Assembly (NCBI GenBank): GCA_947084965.1
Contig: CAMTUG010000003.1
Location: forward strand, 360 to 64,359
Length of the DNA stretch: 64,000 bases
Source of the DNA: an uncultured Parcubacteria group bacterium
GTDB taxonomy: Bacteria > Patescibacteriota > Patescibacteriia > UBA9934 > CAMTUG01
Direction of reading: 5' to 3'
The notes under the pieces are model-generated. The model was not told the DNA's origin. It saw only the letters and a program-made list of their open reading frames with translations, and searched no databases. The number at the start of each line of letters is the position of its first letter. Positions within the stretch are counted from its first letter, which is position 1. The position numbers and the translations under genes are program-made. Shown here in pieces: positions 37,665 through 48,387 of this stretch.

Positions 37665-40586
37665 ATGAGTTACGAATACATCCGACCGTCCTCATCGTGG
37701 AAAAAACGTCGTTTTAAGTGGCCCTTTAAGCCGTCTAAACAACTCTGGAAAAATGTCGCTTTGGCCTGTCTGGCCTTGGTGGTCGGTGGATCCTTGTTTG
37801 GTTTAGCTGCGTTTGCTTGGGTCTCGCGTGATCTCCCTGATCCGAACAAGCTCTTGGACCGCGAAGTGGAGCAAAGTACCAAAATCTACGACCGCACGGG
37901 CGAACATCTGCTCTATGAAATCCACGGCAACAAAAACCGCACCCTCGTCAAACTCGACGACATTCCGGACGTCATGGTGAACGCGACGCTCGCCGTCGAA
38001 GATCAACAATTTTTTAAACACTCAGGATTCAATCCCGTGCGCATTTTAAAAGGGGTCGTCCTCGGGGTGATCTTTAAAGGCCGGGCTCAGGGGGGATCGA
38101 CGATCACTCAACAGCTTGTCAAAAATGCCATCCTCACCAACGAGCGCAGTATTACCCGCAAGCTCAAGGAGATCATCCTCTCGATCGCTCTGGAACAGCG
38201 CTACACCAAAGAGGAGATCCTCCAGCTCTACTTCAATGAAATCCCGTACGGCTCAACAAATTACGGCGTTGAGGCTGCCGCCCAGGCGTACTTTGGTAAA
38301 TCTGTCCGCGACCTGACCCTTGCTGAAGCAGCAACGTTAGCCTCGCTCCCTAAAGCACCGACGACCTACCTCAACAATCCAGACAAGCTCGATGCCCGCC
38401 GCGACACCGTCCTCGAGCTCATGTGGGGGGAAGGATATATTACCAAGGAAGAGAAAACCGCTGCCCAGGACGAGGAGGTGTCGATTCGTGAAAAAGTGGA
38501 TGGAATCACCGCCCCGCACTTCGTTTTTTACATCAAAGAACAGCTCGTTGAAAAATACGGCGAGCGCCAAGTGGAAGAGGGGGGCTTAAAGGTCACCACC
38601 TCGCTTGATTACGACAAACAGCTGATCGCTGAAGAGGCGGTAAAGGCGGGGGTCGAGGCACGTAAAGACTCCTACGGCTTTGAAAACGCCTCCCTTGTGG
38701 CGATTGATCCCAAAACCGGCCAGATTCTGTCGATGGTCGGATCGATCGATTATTTTAGCGACACGATCGACGGGGCGGTCAACGTCTCGACCCGCCCGCG
38801 CCAACCCGGTTCGTCGATGAAACCGTTTGTGTACACGGCAGGATTTCTGGCCGGCTATACCGCCAACACGATTTTGTACGACGTCGAAACGGTATTTAAA
38901 ACGGAAACAACGGATTACACGCCGCGCAACTACTCGCTCAATGAAGCGGGGCCGGTGACGATCCGCAAGGCGCTGCAAGGGTCGCTCAACATCCCGGCGG
39001 TCAAAATGCTCTACCTCGTTGGTGTTCAAAACTTTCTCGACTTTGCAGAGCGCCTGGGTTACACCACCCTCGGTGATCGCTCGCGTTTCGGACTGTCCCT
39101 CGTCCTCGGCGGCGGCGAAGTGACGCTCCTTGAACACACGGCCGCTTACGGGGCGCTGGCCGGAGAAGGAAAACAATACCCGACTGTTTCGCTTTTGAAA
39201 GTTGAAGATCATGACGGAAACGTGCTCGAAGAATGGAAGCAGGAGAGCCCGCGCGAAGTGATTGAGCAGAACGCCGCACGCGAAATAAACAACGTTCTTT
39301 CTGACAACGGCGCTCGCGCCTACGTCTTTGGGGCGAGTAACTATCTGACGCTCTCCGGCCGAGCGGCGGCGGGCAAAACCGGCACGACCAACGACTACCG
39401 CGACGCCTGGATGATCGGTTACACCCCTTCGCTCGTTGCGGGCGTCTGGGCCGGCAACAACGACAACTCGGAGATGGTGCGCGGCGCCGATGGGTCAAAA
39501 ATTGCCGCGCCGATCTGGCAGGACTTTATGAATCGCGCTCTCGCCACCACGCCAGCCGAAGCGTTCACCGCTCCAGAAATCCCCGTGACTGGCAAACCGA
39601 TTCTTGATGGTCAGCTTCCAAGCACAACAGTGACGATTGACCGGGCGTCTGGCAAGCTGGCGACTGAGGAAACACCAGAGTCACAGCGCCAAGAGATCGT
39701 CTGCGGCGAATACCACAGCATCCTGCACTACGTGAACCCAAGCGACCCGCTCGGACCGGCACCAACAGACATGTCGAGTGACCCGCAATACCTCAGCTGG
39801 GAAGCAGGGATCGCTTCCTGGGTCGAGCGCACGCGTCTCACCGATCCAACCAAGCTCCCCTTCGAGCAATGCACCGTGCCTACAGAAACGGATGACGTCC
39901 ACACCCGCCAAAACGAGCCGGATATTTCCATCCTCTCCCCTGACAAAAATGACGAGGTTGGGCGAACGATCCGTGTTGAAATTGAGGCCGATGCCCCCCG
40001 CGGCGTTGAGCGCGTTGAGTATGCGATCGACGGCCGCTTTGTGAAGTCTTCTGATTCGCGTGCTGGCACCATGCTGACCCTCCCGAGCTGGGTCGACGTA
40101 GGCGATCACACCCTCCAAGTTACCGCTTACGACGACGTTGATAATGCAGGGAGCGATTCCGTCAAAATTAAGGTGACGGAAGAGGCGGGCGAGGCCAATG
40201 TGGGCATCCTCGAACCGCTCAACGGACAGACGATTGAAAAGACAACGGACACATTCGCTGTTACCGTCCAGCTTAAACATCCAACAAATCTCACAAACGT
40301 TTCTCTGTTTGTAGAGCCACTACGCGGAGGAACAACGACGCTCGTGGGAAGCATCGACTCCCCTTCCTCGCCATTCGCCACCTTCAACTGGACCCTCGGT
40401 TCTGCCGATGATTATGTCCTCTGGGCCCGCATCGACTCCGAAGATGGCGACCGTGAAGAATCCGCATCCATTTTGGTCACGGTGACTGACACGGGATCCT
40501 CGCTCCCGCCCGTCCTCGACATCACCGAGAGTGAAGAATCTGACACGGACGCTGAGCCCGAAGGGGCAGCCGAAGGTGTGCTATAA
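37665..40586 (+). CDS. Class A penicillin-binding protein (PBP1A) with C-terminal Ig-like domains
   Basis: EDQQFFKHSG, GGSTITQQL, RKLKE; SSMK, SLN, KTG transpeptidase motifs. Confidence 0.93.
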   Translation: MSYEYIRPSSSWKKRRFKWPFKPSKQLWKNVALACLALVVGGSLFGLAAFAWVSRDLPDPNKLLDREVEQSTKIYDRTGEHLLYEIHGNKNRTLVKLDDIPDVMVNATLAVEDQQFFKHSGFNPVRILKGVVLGVIFKGRAQGGSTITQQLVKNAILTNERSITRKLKEIILSIALEQRYTKEEILQLYFNEIPYGSTNYGVEAAAQAYFGKSVRDLTLAEAATLASLPKAPTTYLNNPDKLDARRDTVLELMWGEGYITKEEKTAAQDEEVSIREKVDGITAPHFVFYIKEQLVEKYGERQVEEGGLKVTTSLDYDKQLIAEEAVKAGVEARKDSYGFENASLVAIDPKTGQILSMVGSIDYFSDTIDGAVNVSTRPRQPGSSMKPFVYTAGFLAGYTANTILYDVETVFKTETTDYTPRNYSLNEAGPVTIRKALQGSLNIPAVKMLYLVGVQNFLDFAERLGYTTLGDRSRFGLSLVLGGGEVTLLEHTAAYGALAGEGKQYPTVSLLKVEDHDGNVLEEWKQESPREVIEQNAAREINNVLSDNGARAYVFGASNYLTLSGRAAAGKTGTTNDYRDAWMIGYTPSLVAGVWAGNNDNSEMVRGADGSKIAAPIWQDFMNRALATTPAEAFTAPEIPVTGKPILDGQLPSTTVTIDRASGKLATEETPESQRQEIVCGEYHSILHYVNPSDPLGPAPTDMSSDPQYLSWEAGIASWVERTRLTDPTKLPFEQCTVPTETDDVHTRQNEPDISILSPDKNDEVGRTIRVEIEADAPRGVERVEYAIDGRFVKSSDSRAGTMLTLPSWVDVGDHTLQVTAYDDVDNAGSDSVKIKVTEEAGEANVGILEPLNGQTIEKTTDTFAVTVQLKHPTNLTNVSLFVEPLRGGTTTLVGSIDSPSSPFATFNWTLGSADDYVLWARIDSEDGDREESASILVTVTDTGSSLPPVLDITESEESDTDAEPEGAAEGVL

Positions 40587-40591
40587 AATTG

Positions 40592-41299
40592 CTAAGACAA
40601 AAACGCCCCGTGCATCACTTCGGGTTTGCTGAGCTCTTCAGACGAGGAGCTCAGTTTGATTTCCCCGTTGACGAGCAGGTAGCCGCGATCGGCGTAGCGC
40701 AAGACAAGACGAACGTTTTGTTCCACGCACAGGATCGTCGTACCCAAGGCTTGCAGCTCCTTAAGCTTCTCAAACACCTCGGTTTGAAGTTTTGGGGAAA
40801 GACCGAGCGACGGCTCGTCGAGCATCAGCAGTTTTGGTGCGAGCATCAGGGCCCGGCCGATGGCGAGTTGTTGCTGTTGGCCGCCGGACAAGGTGCCCGC
40901 TTTTTCTTTCTGCTTTTCGCGCAACACCGGGAAACGATCAAAAACTGCGGCGATGTTTGCCGCGACCGTCTTCTTGTTGTTTAACAAGTAGCCGCCCATC
41001 TCCAGGTTTTCATAAACCGTAAGCGAAGGAAAAACGATGCGGCCTTGAGGAACGTAGGAAATCCCCTGCTCAAGAAGCGCGTGGGTTGGAAGTTTGGTGA
41101 CGTCTTTGCCGTCAAACTGAATCGTCCCGTTGGTTACACCCGCCTGGCCATAAGTTGATTTGAGGACCGTCGACTTCCCGGCCCCGTTCGGACCGATGAG
41201 CGCGATGAACTCTCCCGGCTCAACCGAAAGCGAAACGTCGCGCAGAACGCGCAGCTCTCCGTATCCGGCGTGTAATTTGTTGATTTCGAGAAGGGGCAT
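40592..41299 (-). CDS. livF: Branched-chain amino acid ABC transporter ATPase
   Basis: GPNGAGKS, LSGGQQQQL, LDEPSLGLSP, VEQN. Confidence 0.88.
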   Translation of the reverse strand: MPLLEINKLHAGYGELRVLRDVSLSVEPGEFIALIGPNGAGKSTVLKSTYGQAGVTNGTIQFDGKDVTKLPTHALLEQGISYVPQGRIVFPSLTVYENLEMGGYLLNNKKTVAANIAAVFDRFPVLREKQKEKAGTLSGGQQQQLAIGRALMLAPKLLMLDEPSLGLSPKLQTEVFEKLKELQALGTTILCVEQNVRLVLRYADRGYLLVNGEIKLSSSSEELSKPEVMHGAFLS

Positions 41300-41300
41300 A

Positions 41301-42038
41301 TTATGCGCCGAGATAGGCTTCGAGCACACGCGGGTCTGATAGAACGTCGGCAGGGGCGCCTTCGGCGAGCACCGTGCCCTGATCCATCACGATCACATGA
41401 TCAGCAACAGAGCGGACAAAGTCCATATCGTGTTCGATCACCAAGATCGTTTCGCCTTTGGCTTTCAAATCTTTGAGCAACGTTTTGAAGCGATCGCGCA
41501 GAACCGGGTTGACCCCCGCGACCGGTTCGTCGAGCATGAGCAGCTGGTGTGGTTTGGTGATCGCGCGGGCGAGATCGAGAAGTTTTTGTTGGCCGTAAGA
41601 CAGATCAAGACCGAGCGTTTCCGCTGGCTTATCAAGACCGACGAGTCTCAGCACCTCGTGCATGCGATCCTCGAACACGGCCGGGTCTGCGCCAAGTGCT
41701 GAGCGAAAAAAGACGTCGTCGTATGCATGCATCGCCAAATACAGATGATCGCGGATCGACAAGTTCTTAAACAATCGCACGATCTGGAACGTGCGCGACA
41801 ATCCCGTCTTAGCACGTCGATGAGCCGAGAGGTTTGTGAGGTCGGTTCCATCAAGGACGACCGTCCCCGCGTCCGCGCCCGTGAGACCAGAGATCAATCC
41901 AAACGCGGTCGTCTTCCCTGCTCCGTTGGGGCCGACGAGTGCGGTAACCTCTCCGGCCTGCACATCAAACGAACAGTCGCGCACTGCCGTGACGCCGCCG
42001 TACGATTTGGAGAGGTTGCTAACGTTGAGCAGCGCCAT
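41301..42038 (-). CDS. livG: Branched-chain amino acid ABC transporter ATPase
   Basis: GPNGAGKTT, LSYGQQK, LDEPVAG, VLEAYLG. Confidence 0.88.
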   Translation of the reverse strand: MALLNVSNLSKSYGGVTAVRDCSFDVQAGEVTALVGPNGAGKTTAFGLISGLTGADAGTVVLDGTDLTNLSAHRRAKTGLSRTFQIVRLFKNLSIRDHLYLAMHAYDDVFFRSALGADPAVFEDRMHEVLRLVGLDKPAETLGLDLSYGQQKLLDLARAITKPHQLLMLDEPVAGVNPVLRDRFKTLLKDLKAKGETILVIEHDMDFVRSVADHVIVMDQGTVLAEGAPADVLSDPRVLEAYLGA

Positions 42039-42039
42039 A

Positions 42040-42900
42040 TTATTCAAGCTCCACCTTACCGAGTAGCCCTTTCGGTCGATAGAGAATCACTAACAAAAGC
42101 GCCCCGGCGAAAACTATTTCACGAAAGGCCCCAACGAGCTCTGGAGAAAATGGCAAGAAGCGCAGCCCTTCCCGAACGGCGAGTAACGACACCACACCAA
42201 GCACCGTCCCGGGGAGCGAGGCGAGCCCGCCAACGACCAAAAAGACAAGCAGTAGTACGAGGAGTGGCAAACCAAACGTCCCCGGATCGATAAATCGCAA
42301 AAATGACGCGAGGAGCGCCCCGGAAAGCCCGGCGATTCCGCCGGCAATCGCGCTGACCGTGATCTTCATGGCAACGACGTTCTTGCCAAGCGTCGTTGCC
42401 GCCACTTCATCATCACGCATCGCTCCGAGCGCCCGCCCCCAGGGCGAGCGCGTGAGGCGATCGACCACCAGATAGACAAGTGTGGTGATCGTGAGCACGA
42501 GCAACAGGAACGGAAACTCTTCGGCAAAACCCGCAGGTCGGGCGATCCCAGGAATCCCCAACGCCCCGCGCGTTAGTTCGCGCCAGTTCATAAGGACAGC
42601 AGCGATCACAAATCCAAACCAGAGCGTCAGTACAGAATAGGTGTGGCTCGTAATTTTCCTCGACAATACGGAAAATCCGGCGGAAAGGGCTCCGGCCAAA
42701 CAGACCCCGGCGAGCAGAGCAATGAAATAGGGCGCGTCCGTGTGGCGCAATAGCAAAGCGAGGGTGTAGCCGCCAACCCCCATCATCGCCGCATGGCCAA
42801 GAGACAACATCCCGGCCCAACCGGTTTGTAAGTTAAACGCCAAGGTGGCGATGAGGAAGATCGCCGCCAGAGTCACAACGTGGATAACATACGCTTCCAT
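42040..42900 (-). CDS. livM: Branched-chain amino acid ABC transporter permease
   Basis: GMLSLGHAA, SPWGRAL.AMRDDE.AA, RPKGLLG. Confidence 0.88.
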   Translation of the reverse strand: MEAYVIHVVTLAAIFLIATLAFNLQTGWAGMLSLGHAAMMGVGGYTLALLLRHTDAPYFIALLAGVCLAGALSAGFSVLSRKITSHTYSVLTLWFGFVIAAVLMNWRELTRGALGIPGIARPAGFAEEFPFLLLVLTITTLVYLVVDRLTRSPWGRALGAMRDDEVAATTLGKNVVAMKITVSAIAGGIAGLSGALLASFLRFIDPGTFGLPLLVLLLVFLVVGGLASLPGTVLGVVSLLAVREGLRFLPFSPELVGAFREIVFAGALLLVILYRPKGLLGKVELE

Positions 42901-42901
42901 A

Positions 42902-43774
42902 CTACAGACGCTTTTTTCCAAGCAACCCCTCTGGTCGCACGAGCAAGATAACGAACGCGGCCAAAAACGCAAAGACGGACTTAATCGCCGTGGCCCCATA
43001 AAATCCACCGAGCGTAGAAAGGGTGGTCAGAAGGTAGGTGCCAAAAAGCGCCCCCGGAATAGAGCCGATCCCGCCGACGATCGCATAAGAAAACGCATCA
43101 ACGGCATAGGTGACCGTTCTGCTTGGATCCAGGTTATACAGCATGGCAGCGAGGATACCGGCAACCCCCGCGACCACCGACCCGACAAAAAAAGTTATCT
43201 GACGCACGCGTCTGGCGTTGATTCCAACAACCTCAGCCACATCTTCTTGGTCTGACACCGCCCGCATCGCCTTTCCTAAACGCGTTTTGTGCATCAACCA
43301 AAATATCCCAAGGAACATGATAGTGCTCGTGACAAAAATCAGCACCGACAGCGGCGAAACGAGCGCGCCCCAAACGGAGTAGGGAGGAAGGTGCAAAAAC
43401 GGAAGGTCAATCGTTCTTGTCTGCGACGACCAGACGGCGAGCAAGGTGTTCTGCAGGATAATAAGAAGTGCCACCGAGGCGATCATCATCCCCGTCCCCA
43501 CCCGCCGCCGTCGCCGCAGTGGTTCGTACACCAGAATATTCAGAATCACTCCGAGGGTTCCTGCGGCGAAGATCCCCGCCGTCGCCGCTGCTAAGGCCGG
43601 CACACCCAGTTCAACAAACGAATAGAAAATATACCCCGCGGCCATGATCACCCCGCCATGAGCAACATGGACGACGCCGGTCACGGAAAAAATAACCGAA
43701 AACGATGCGGCCATTAAACCAAACAGCGCTCCGAGCGTTAGAATGTTCCAGGCGAGCTGAACGTAAATCTCCAT
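42902..43774 (-). CDS. livH: Branched-chain amino acid ABC transporter permease
   Basis: HVAHG, TRLGKAMRAVS, GGIGSIPGA, RPEGLLG. Confidence 0.88.
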   Translation of the reverse strand: MEIYVQLAWNILTLGALFGLMAASFSVIFSVTGVVHVAHGGVIMAAGYIFYSFVELGVPALAAATAGIFAAGTLGVILNILVYEPLRRRRRVGTGMMIASVALLIILQNTLLAVWSSQTRTIDLPFLHLPPYSVWGALVSPLSVLIFVTSTIMFLGIFWLMHKTRLGKAMRAVSDQEDVAEVVGINARRVRQITFFVGSVVAGVAGILAAMLYNLDPSRTVTYAVDAFSYAIVGGIGSIPGALFGTYLLTTLSTLGGFYGATAIKSVFAFLAAFVILLVRPEGLLGKKRL

Positions 43775-43819
43775 AAACGAAAGCGGGCCCCGAAAGGCCC
43801 GCCTATCATAGCATGTTTA

Positions 43820-45025
43820 TTATGGGGTGACCTTGACCTGTTCGTACCTGCTGTCCACCGCTTTCTTAATCGCGTATTGAGTCACGACGTCGCCCATCTC
43901 GTTAAAGCTAATCGTCCCCAGCGCCCCTTCCCAGTTTTTAAGTCCGGTCAGGTAGCGGGCAACGGCGGTACTGTCATAACCGACGGCAGTGATCGCTTCG
44001 GCCAACAGATAGACGTCTGAATACCCGCCAGCGGCGAAGAACGGGAAGGTCGGGCCGTTCCCTTGCTTTGCGGTATATGCCGCCAAGAAGGCCGCAGCTT
44101 TGGCGGACTCTTGGTTATAGTATGGCTCGATCGCCACAACCCCCTGCAGATCAACCGGGTTGTCCTTCAAGATGTCATCGGACGCCAACACCTCGGCGGT
44201 CAAGACCTGTGCCAAGACGCCGTTAGCGCGCAACTGCTTAATAACTTGAATCCCTGCCGTTGGGGTATTTGGCACAACGTAGATCACCTCTGGGTTCTTG
44301 TTCTTCACTTTGAGCGCCTGAGCCGTAAAGTCGACGTCCCCAGTTGCGAATCCTTCGTCTACGACGACCTCGCCTCCCAATTCAGCAAAGCGGGCAGCAA
44401 ACGCTTTTTCGAGACCCTGGCCGTAGTCCGTTGTTTCGTAAATGATCGCGGCGCTCGCTGCCTTCAGGTCGTTGTAGGCGTAGTCTGCGGCGATCGATCC
44501 AGCCAGCGCGTCCGACGGAGCGGTGCGGAAGGTGTAATCTCCAGCCGTGGTGATATCCGGACTCGTCGCTGATGGCGAAATGGAGACAACTTTGGCTTCA
44601 TTAGCAAGAGGAGCAAAGCCGAGCGTTTCGCCAGAGCAAGCGCCCCCGACGATGAAATTCACCTGGTCAACATTGATCAGTTTCGTTCCGGCGGCAGCAC
44701 CCCCTTCTGGGTTACATTTGCCGTCCTCAACCACAAGTTTGATCTGGTGACCATCAACTCCACCGGCGGCATTGATCTCCTCAACAGCCAACTCGATCCC
44801 CGGCAGGAAATCCTGACCATACACCGCGGCGTCGCCAGATAATGGCAACACTACCCCGATCTTGAGATCCCCTTCCGGGATTTCTACGCGCTCCGTTTCG
44901 GTTTCTGTTTCGTTTTCAACCACGCCGTTATTTTCGGCCGGTTTTTGGGTTCCCCAGTAGACGAGCCCCGCGACGACGAGGACCGCAAGGATCACCCAGA
45001 CTAAGGCATTGCCGCGCTGATTCAT
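43820..45025 (-). CDS. Branched-chain amino acid ABC transporter substrate-binding protein (LivJ/K-like)
   Basis: KIGVVLPLSG, EINAAGGVDG, FRTAPSD, DYGQGL. Confidence 0.88.
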   Translation of the reverse strand: MNQRGNALVWVILAVLVVAGLVYWGTQKPAENNGVVENETETETERVEIPEGDLKIGVVLPLSGDAAVYGQDFLPGIELAVEEINAAGGVDGHQIKLVVEDGKCNPEGGAAAGTKLINVDQVNFIVGGACSGETLGFAPLANEAKVVSISPSATSPDITTAGDYTFRTAPSDALAGSIAADYAYNDLKAASAAIIYETTDYGQGLEKAFAARFAELGGEVVVDEGFATGDVDFTAQALKVKNKNPEVIYVVPNTPTAGIQVIKQLRANGVLAQVLTAEVLASDDILKDNPVDLQGVVAIEPYYNQESAKAAAFLAAYTAKQGNGPTFPFFAAGGYSDVYLLAEAITAVGYDSTAVARYLTGLKNWEGALGTISFNEMGDVVTQYAIKKAVDSRYEQVKVTP

Positions 45026-45051
45026 AGAAATGCAGTTAGAAATTCTTTAAC

Positions 45052-46194
45052 TTACTGTTTAATCGGCATGACGATGTACTGCGATCGCTTTTTGGCCGCG
45101 TCCGAGGCCGGCAAAAGGAGGCACGGGTTGCCTCCGTCGATCACCTGAAGCGTTGCTTCTGGCTCGGCAAGCGCTTGGAGGCCATCTAGTAAGTAACGAT
45201 AATTGACTGTGACCGCGTTGTCCACCCCCGCCAATTCTGCCGGGCACTCGCCGACGTTTTCTCCACGGGTTGTGTCTGCTCCGCGCACGCTGATCACCTT
45301 TTTACTCGGCGTAAACGTGAGGGTAATGTCAAAGAGCCCGGTGCGCGAAAAAAGCGAGGCGGTCTTGATCGCTTTGATAAGCGTGCCGACCTCAAACTTA
45401 GCGTCCGTCTTAAAGGCAGTCGGAATAATCTGCCGATAATCTGGATAGCGCCCGTCGATCGTGCGCGAAACGATCTCGATCGATCCAAACCGGAAGAGGA
45501 TCTGGTTTTCAGCGATCGTCACTTCGATCTGCTCCGGGGTGTCCACATCATCTTTAGAAACACTGATAACGCGGGACACTTCGGCCAAGGTGCGGGCAGG
45601 GATAATCACCGCCCTCGCTTCCGATGAGCCTTGGACATCGACGATTCGTTCTGAGAGACGATAGCTGTCTGTGGCCGCGAGCGTCGCCTTGCCTGTACCG
45701 ACCGCGGCGTCGTGGACTCGTAAACTTACCCCAGAAAGCTCTGGCCGCGATTCGTTCGTTGAAACAGCAAAGAGGGCCCCGGTAATCCCCTCACGCAGCT
45801 CAGAGGCGCTGAATTTGTACATCTGCCCGTCCTGGAGCGTCGGGATGAGGGGGAACTCTGAGGCCGACAGCCCATTAATCTTCGTCGAGAACCCCCCTGA
45901 ACGGACCTGGAGGACGTCGTCGACCACCTCGAGGTCTACCTGCTCGCTTGGGAGCAAAGAAACGAAGTCAAAGAAGAGCTTGGCCGGGACAGTAAATTCC
46001 CCGTCACGGTCTACCTTCCCACGGACCAAGCACGAGCTGGCGATTTCAAGGTTGGTCGCGGTTAAGGTCAGCGATCCGCCCCCCGCTTTCATAAGCACGT
46101 TCCCGAGAATCGGGAGATCAACTTGTTTTCCTCCAAGATGACTTGTGACGGACAGGCCCCGATAGAGGTTGTCACGTGTGCAGGTGAGCTTCAC
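45052..46194 (-). CDS. dnaN: DNA polymerase III beta clamp
   Basis: ATNLEI, RPELSGV, ATDSYRL, GRYPDY, IVMPIK; GTG start. Confidence 0.96.
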   Translation of the reverse strand: MKLTCTRDNLYRGLSVTSHLGGKQVDLPILGNVLMKAGGGSLTLTATNLEIASSCLVRGKVDRDGEFTVPAKLFFDFVSLLPSEQVDLEVVDDVLQVRSGGFSTKINGLSASEFPLIPTLQDGQMYKFSASELREGITGALFAVSTNESRPELSGVSLRVHDAAVGTGKATLAATDSYRLSERIVDVQGSSEARAVIIPARTLAEVSRVISVSKDDVDTPEQIEVTIAENQILFRFGSIEIVSRTIDGRYPDYRQIIPTAFKTDAKFEVGTLIKAIKTASLFSRTGLFDITLTFTPSKKVISVRGADTTRGENVGECPAELAGVDNAVTVNYRYLLDGLQALAEPEATLQVIDGGNPCLLLPASDAAKKRSQYIVMPIKQ

Positions 46195-46428
46195 ACTTAC
46201 TTGTAGTTAAATTTTTTCCTTAAAGGATCCGGTATCGATAGTAAGGGTGTGGATGGCGTGGGTAAGTCGATTCGGTGTTGGTCGGCCGGAACATTTTTGT
46301 GGACGAACCCTGTGTGAAAGAGACGGACAGTCGATCTAAAACAGTGGATGATTTTTTTCTTCTGTTTCTGTCCACACTCCGTCCACCACGATTCTCACAG
46401 ATCCTCCGGTTGGTTTTCCACCGCTCAT
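46195..46428. promoter_or_regulatory. dnaA-dnaN intergenic region with degenerate DnaA-box-like sites (part of probable oriC)
   Basis: Several TGTGGA/TCCAC 9-mer variants plus an AT-rich patch near 46200. Confidence 0.6.
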
Positions 46429-47823
46429 CTACAGAGCAAAGATCCGTTGTTTGATGAGCTCCATATCACGCTGTAGCTTTTCGTCCGAGGCGAGTTCTGT
46501 GCGAATTTTGCTATGGGCGTGCATGGCGGTGGTGTGGTCGCGCCCGCCAAGTTCCGAGCCGATCGACGGGAACGAAGATTTCATCTCTTCGCGCATAATG
46601 TACATGATGATCTGGCGCGGAAAGGCCAGGCGCTTTTCGCGGCTTTTTCCGAGGAGATCTTCAAATTGGAGGTCATAGTAGGAGGCCACGGTCTGGATCA
46701 GCTGGCGCGGGGTGATCGTTTTGCGCATCTGGGCCGGTTGGTAGGAAAGGAGAATCGGGGTGATCGTCTCCATCGACGGCTCGACGTTCTTGAATTGGTG
46801 GTAGGCGATGACTTTGATGAGCGCCCCTTCGAGTTCACGAACGTTTGATTGAATCGTATTGGCGATGTGGGTCAGCATCTCGCGGCCCATACAGAACCCC
46901 TTTTCATTGCATTTGGTTTCGAGAATCGCCACGCGTGTTTCTACGTCCGGGGCACCCACATCGGCCATCATGCCAGACTCGAGGCGGGACAAAACACGTT
47001 GCTCCAGGGTCGGAATCGCCTTTGGCGGGCGGTCAGAGGAAACAACGATCTGTTTATTGTGTTGGTGGAGGTGGTTAAAGGTGTGGAAGAACTCTTCCTG
47101 GGTGCGTTCCTTGTTGGTAATGAACTGAATGTCGTCCATGAGCAACACGTCGACGTTGCGATAGCGGTCCTTGAATTCGTTGGCGCGGCCGCTTTTGACC
47201 GATTCGATAAAATCGTTGGTAAAACGCTCGCAAGAAACGTACATGATGCGCGAACGGGGGTTCGTTTGGATCAGTTGGTTACCGATCGCCTGCAAAAGGT
47301 GGGTTTTTCCGAGCCCCACACCGCCGTAAATGAAGAGTGGGTTGTAAGCCTGCCCTGGTTGAGTAGCAACGGCCTGGGCTGCGGCGTGCGCCAGCTCGTT
47401 GTGCTTGCCAACGACGAAGCAGTTGAAGGTGTATTTGGGGTTGATAGTGATGTCCCCCATGACCGTCGGCTGTGAGGAAAAGTTCTGGGGTGCGTAAGAC
47501 GGCTCTTCAACCGGTTCTGGGGTGCTCTGGGTGCGCATCGCCTCTTCGATGTTGATCGTCTGCGCGTCCGGGGCTTTTGTTTCAACGTTGTAGGAAATAG
47601 CACGGATCGTGCCGCCAGTAATATTTTGCAACGAAGCTAAAATATCTTTGTGATATTTTTTCTCAAGCCAGGTTTTTGTAAAAGCGTTCGGTACCGCGAC
47701 CGTTATCTGCCCATTTTCAAATTGAGCGATAAACGTCTGTTTAAACCACGTCGTAAAGTTTGCTTTACTCAGTCGGAGCTCAAGTTCACCGAGCGCGGAC
47801 TGCCAAAGTTCGTTAGTGGTCAT
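46429..47823 (-). CDS. dnaA: Chromosomal replication initiator DnaA
   Basis: YNPLFIYGGVGLGKTHL, DDIQF, QEEFFHTFN, RELEGAL, GGRDHTT. Confidence 0.98.
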   Translation of the reverse strand: MTTNELWQSALGELELRLSKANFTTWFKQTFIAQFENGQITVAVPNAFTKTWLEKKYHKDILASLQNITGGTIRAISYNVETKAPDAQTINIEEAMRTQSTPEPVEEPSYAPQNFSSQPTVMGDITINPKYTFNCFVVGKHNELAHAAAQAVATQPGQAYNPLFIYGGVGLGKTHLLQAIGNQLIQTNPRSRIMYVSCERFTNDFIESVKSGRANEFKDRYRNVDVLLMDDIQFITNKERTQEEFFHTFNHLHQHNKQIVVSSDRPPKAIPTLEQRVLSRLESGMMADVGAPDVETRVAILETKCNEKGFCMGREMLTHIANTIQSNVRELEGALIKVIAYHQFKNVEPSMETITPILLSYQPAQMRKTITPRQLIQTVASYYDLQFEDLLGKSREKRLAFPRQIIMYIMREEMKSSFPSIGSELGGRDHTTAMHAHSKIRTELASDEKLQRDMELIKQRIFAL

Positions 47824-47853
47824 AGATTGGGAAGCTGACAAGCATGGGATTAA

Positions 47854-47984
47854 TGAGACTTTGCAAAACCTGCGATCTGTCGGTTTGTGGGGCCCCGCCA
47901 CCTCTTCGTCGTACTTTTTTTGTACGTCTCAGAGGCTGGCCGTCCCCACGCACCGACATCTCATCACGTTTTGCAGAAGTCTCA
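47854..47984. repeat. Long imperfect hairpin element upstream of dnaA
   Basis: TGAGACTTTGCAAAAC/GTTTTGCAGAAGTCTCA, TGTCGGT/ACCGACA, apex CGTAC-T6-GTACG. Confidence 0.7.
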
Positions 47985-48014
47985 GGGACCTCTCGAGACA
48001 GAATCATAACTCAC

Positions 48015-48085
48015 TTATCCACAAGCCCGCAAGTGTGTGGATAGCCCCCAATATTCCGTACAGGGTGTTGATTATTTGTGGGTAA
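48015..48085. promoter_or_regulatory. DnaA boxes upstream of dnaA (probable oriC part)
   Basis: Consensus TTATCCACA at 48015, TGTGGATAG near 48036, TGTGGGTAA near 48077. Confidence 0.75.
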
Positions 48086-48234
48086 GATGTTATCCTTTTG
48101 GATGCCTGAAAAATTGTTGGATTTTCGTTGATTGGGCTGTCGGCCCGTGAGGCGTACTGAAACGTACGACGAACGGGCGGACGGGTGCCCAAGAAACGAA
48201 AAGACTCAGTTTTGCTGGCATCCAATATTTCACT

Positions 48235-48387
48235 ATGCCAAAGCGTACATACCAACCGAAGAAGCGCCGCGCGGTAAAGGTGCACGGGTTTCGTTCCCGG
48301 ATGAGCACCAAGAACGGCCGGGCCGTGCTCAAGCGACGAGCACGCAAGGGCCGCGCCCGCCTGGTTGTTTCGATCAAAAAGAAATAG
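48235..48387 (+). CDS. rpmH: 50S ribosomal protein L34
   Basis: Manually translated [43 protein letters not shown]. Confidence 0.96.
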   Translation: MPKRTYQPKKRRAVKVHGFRSRMSTKNGRAVLKRRARKGRARLVVSIKKK

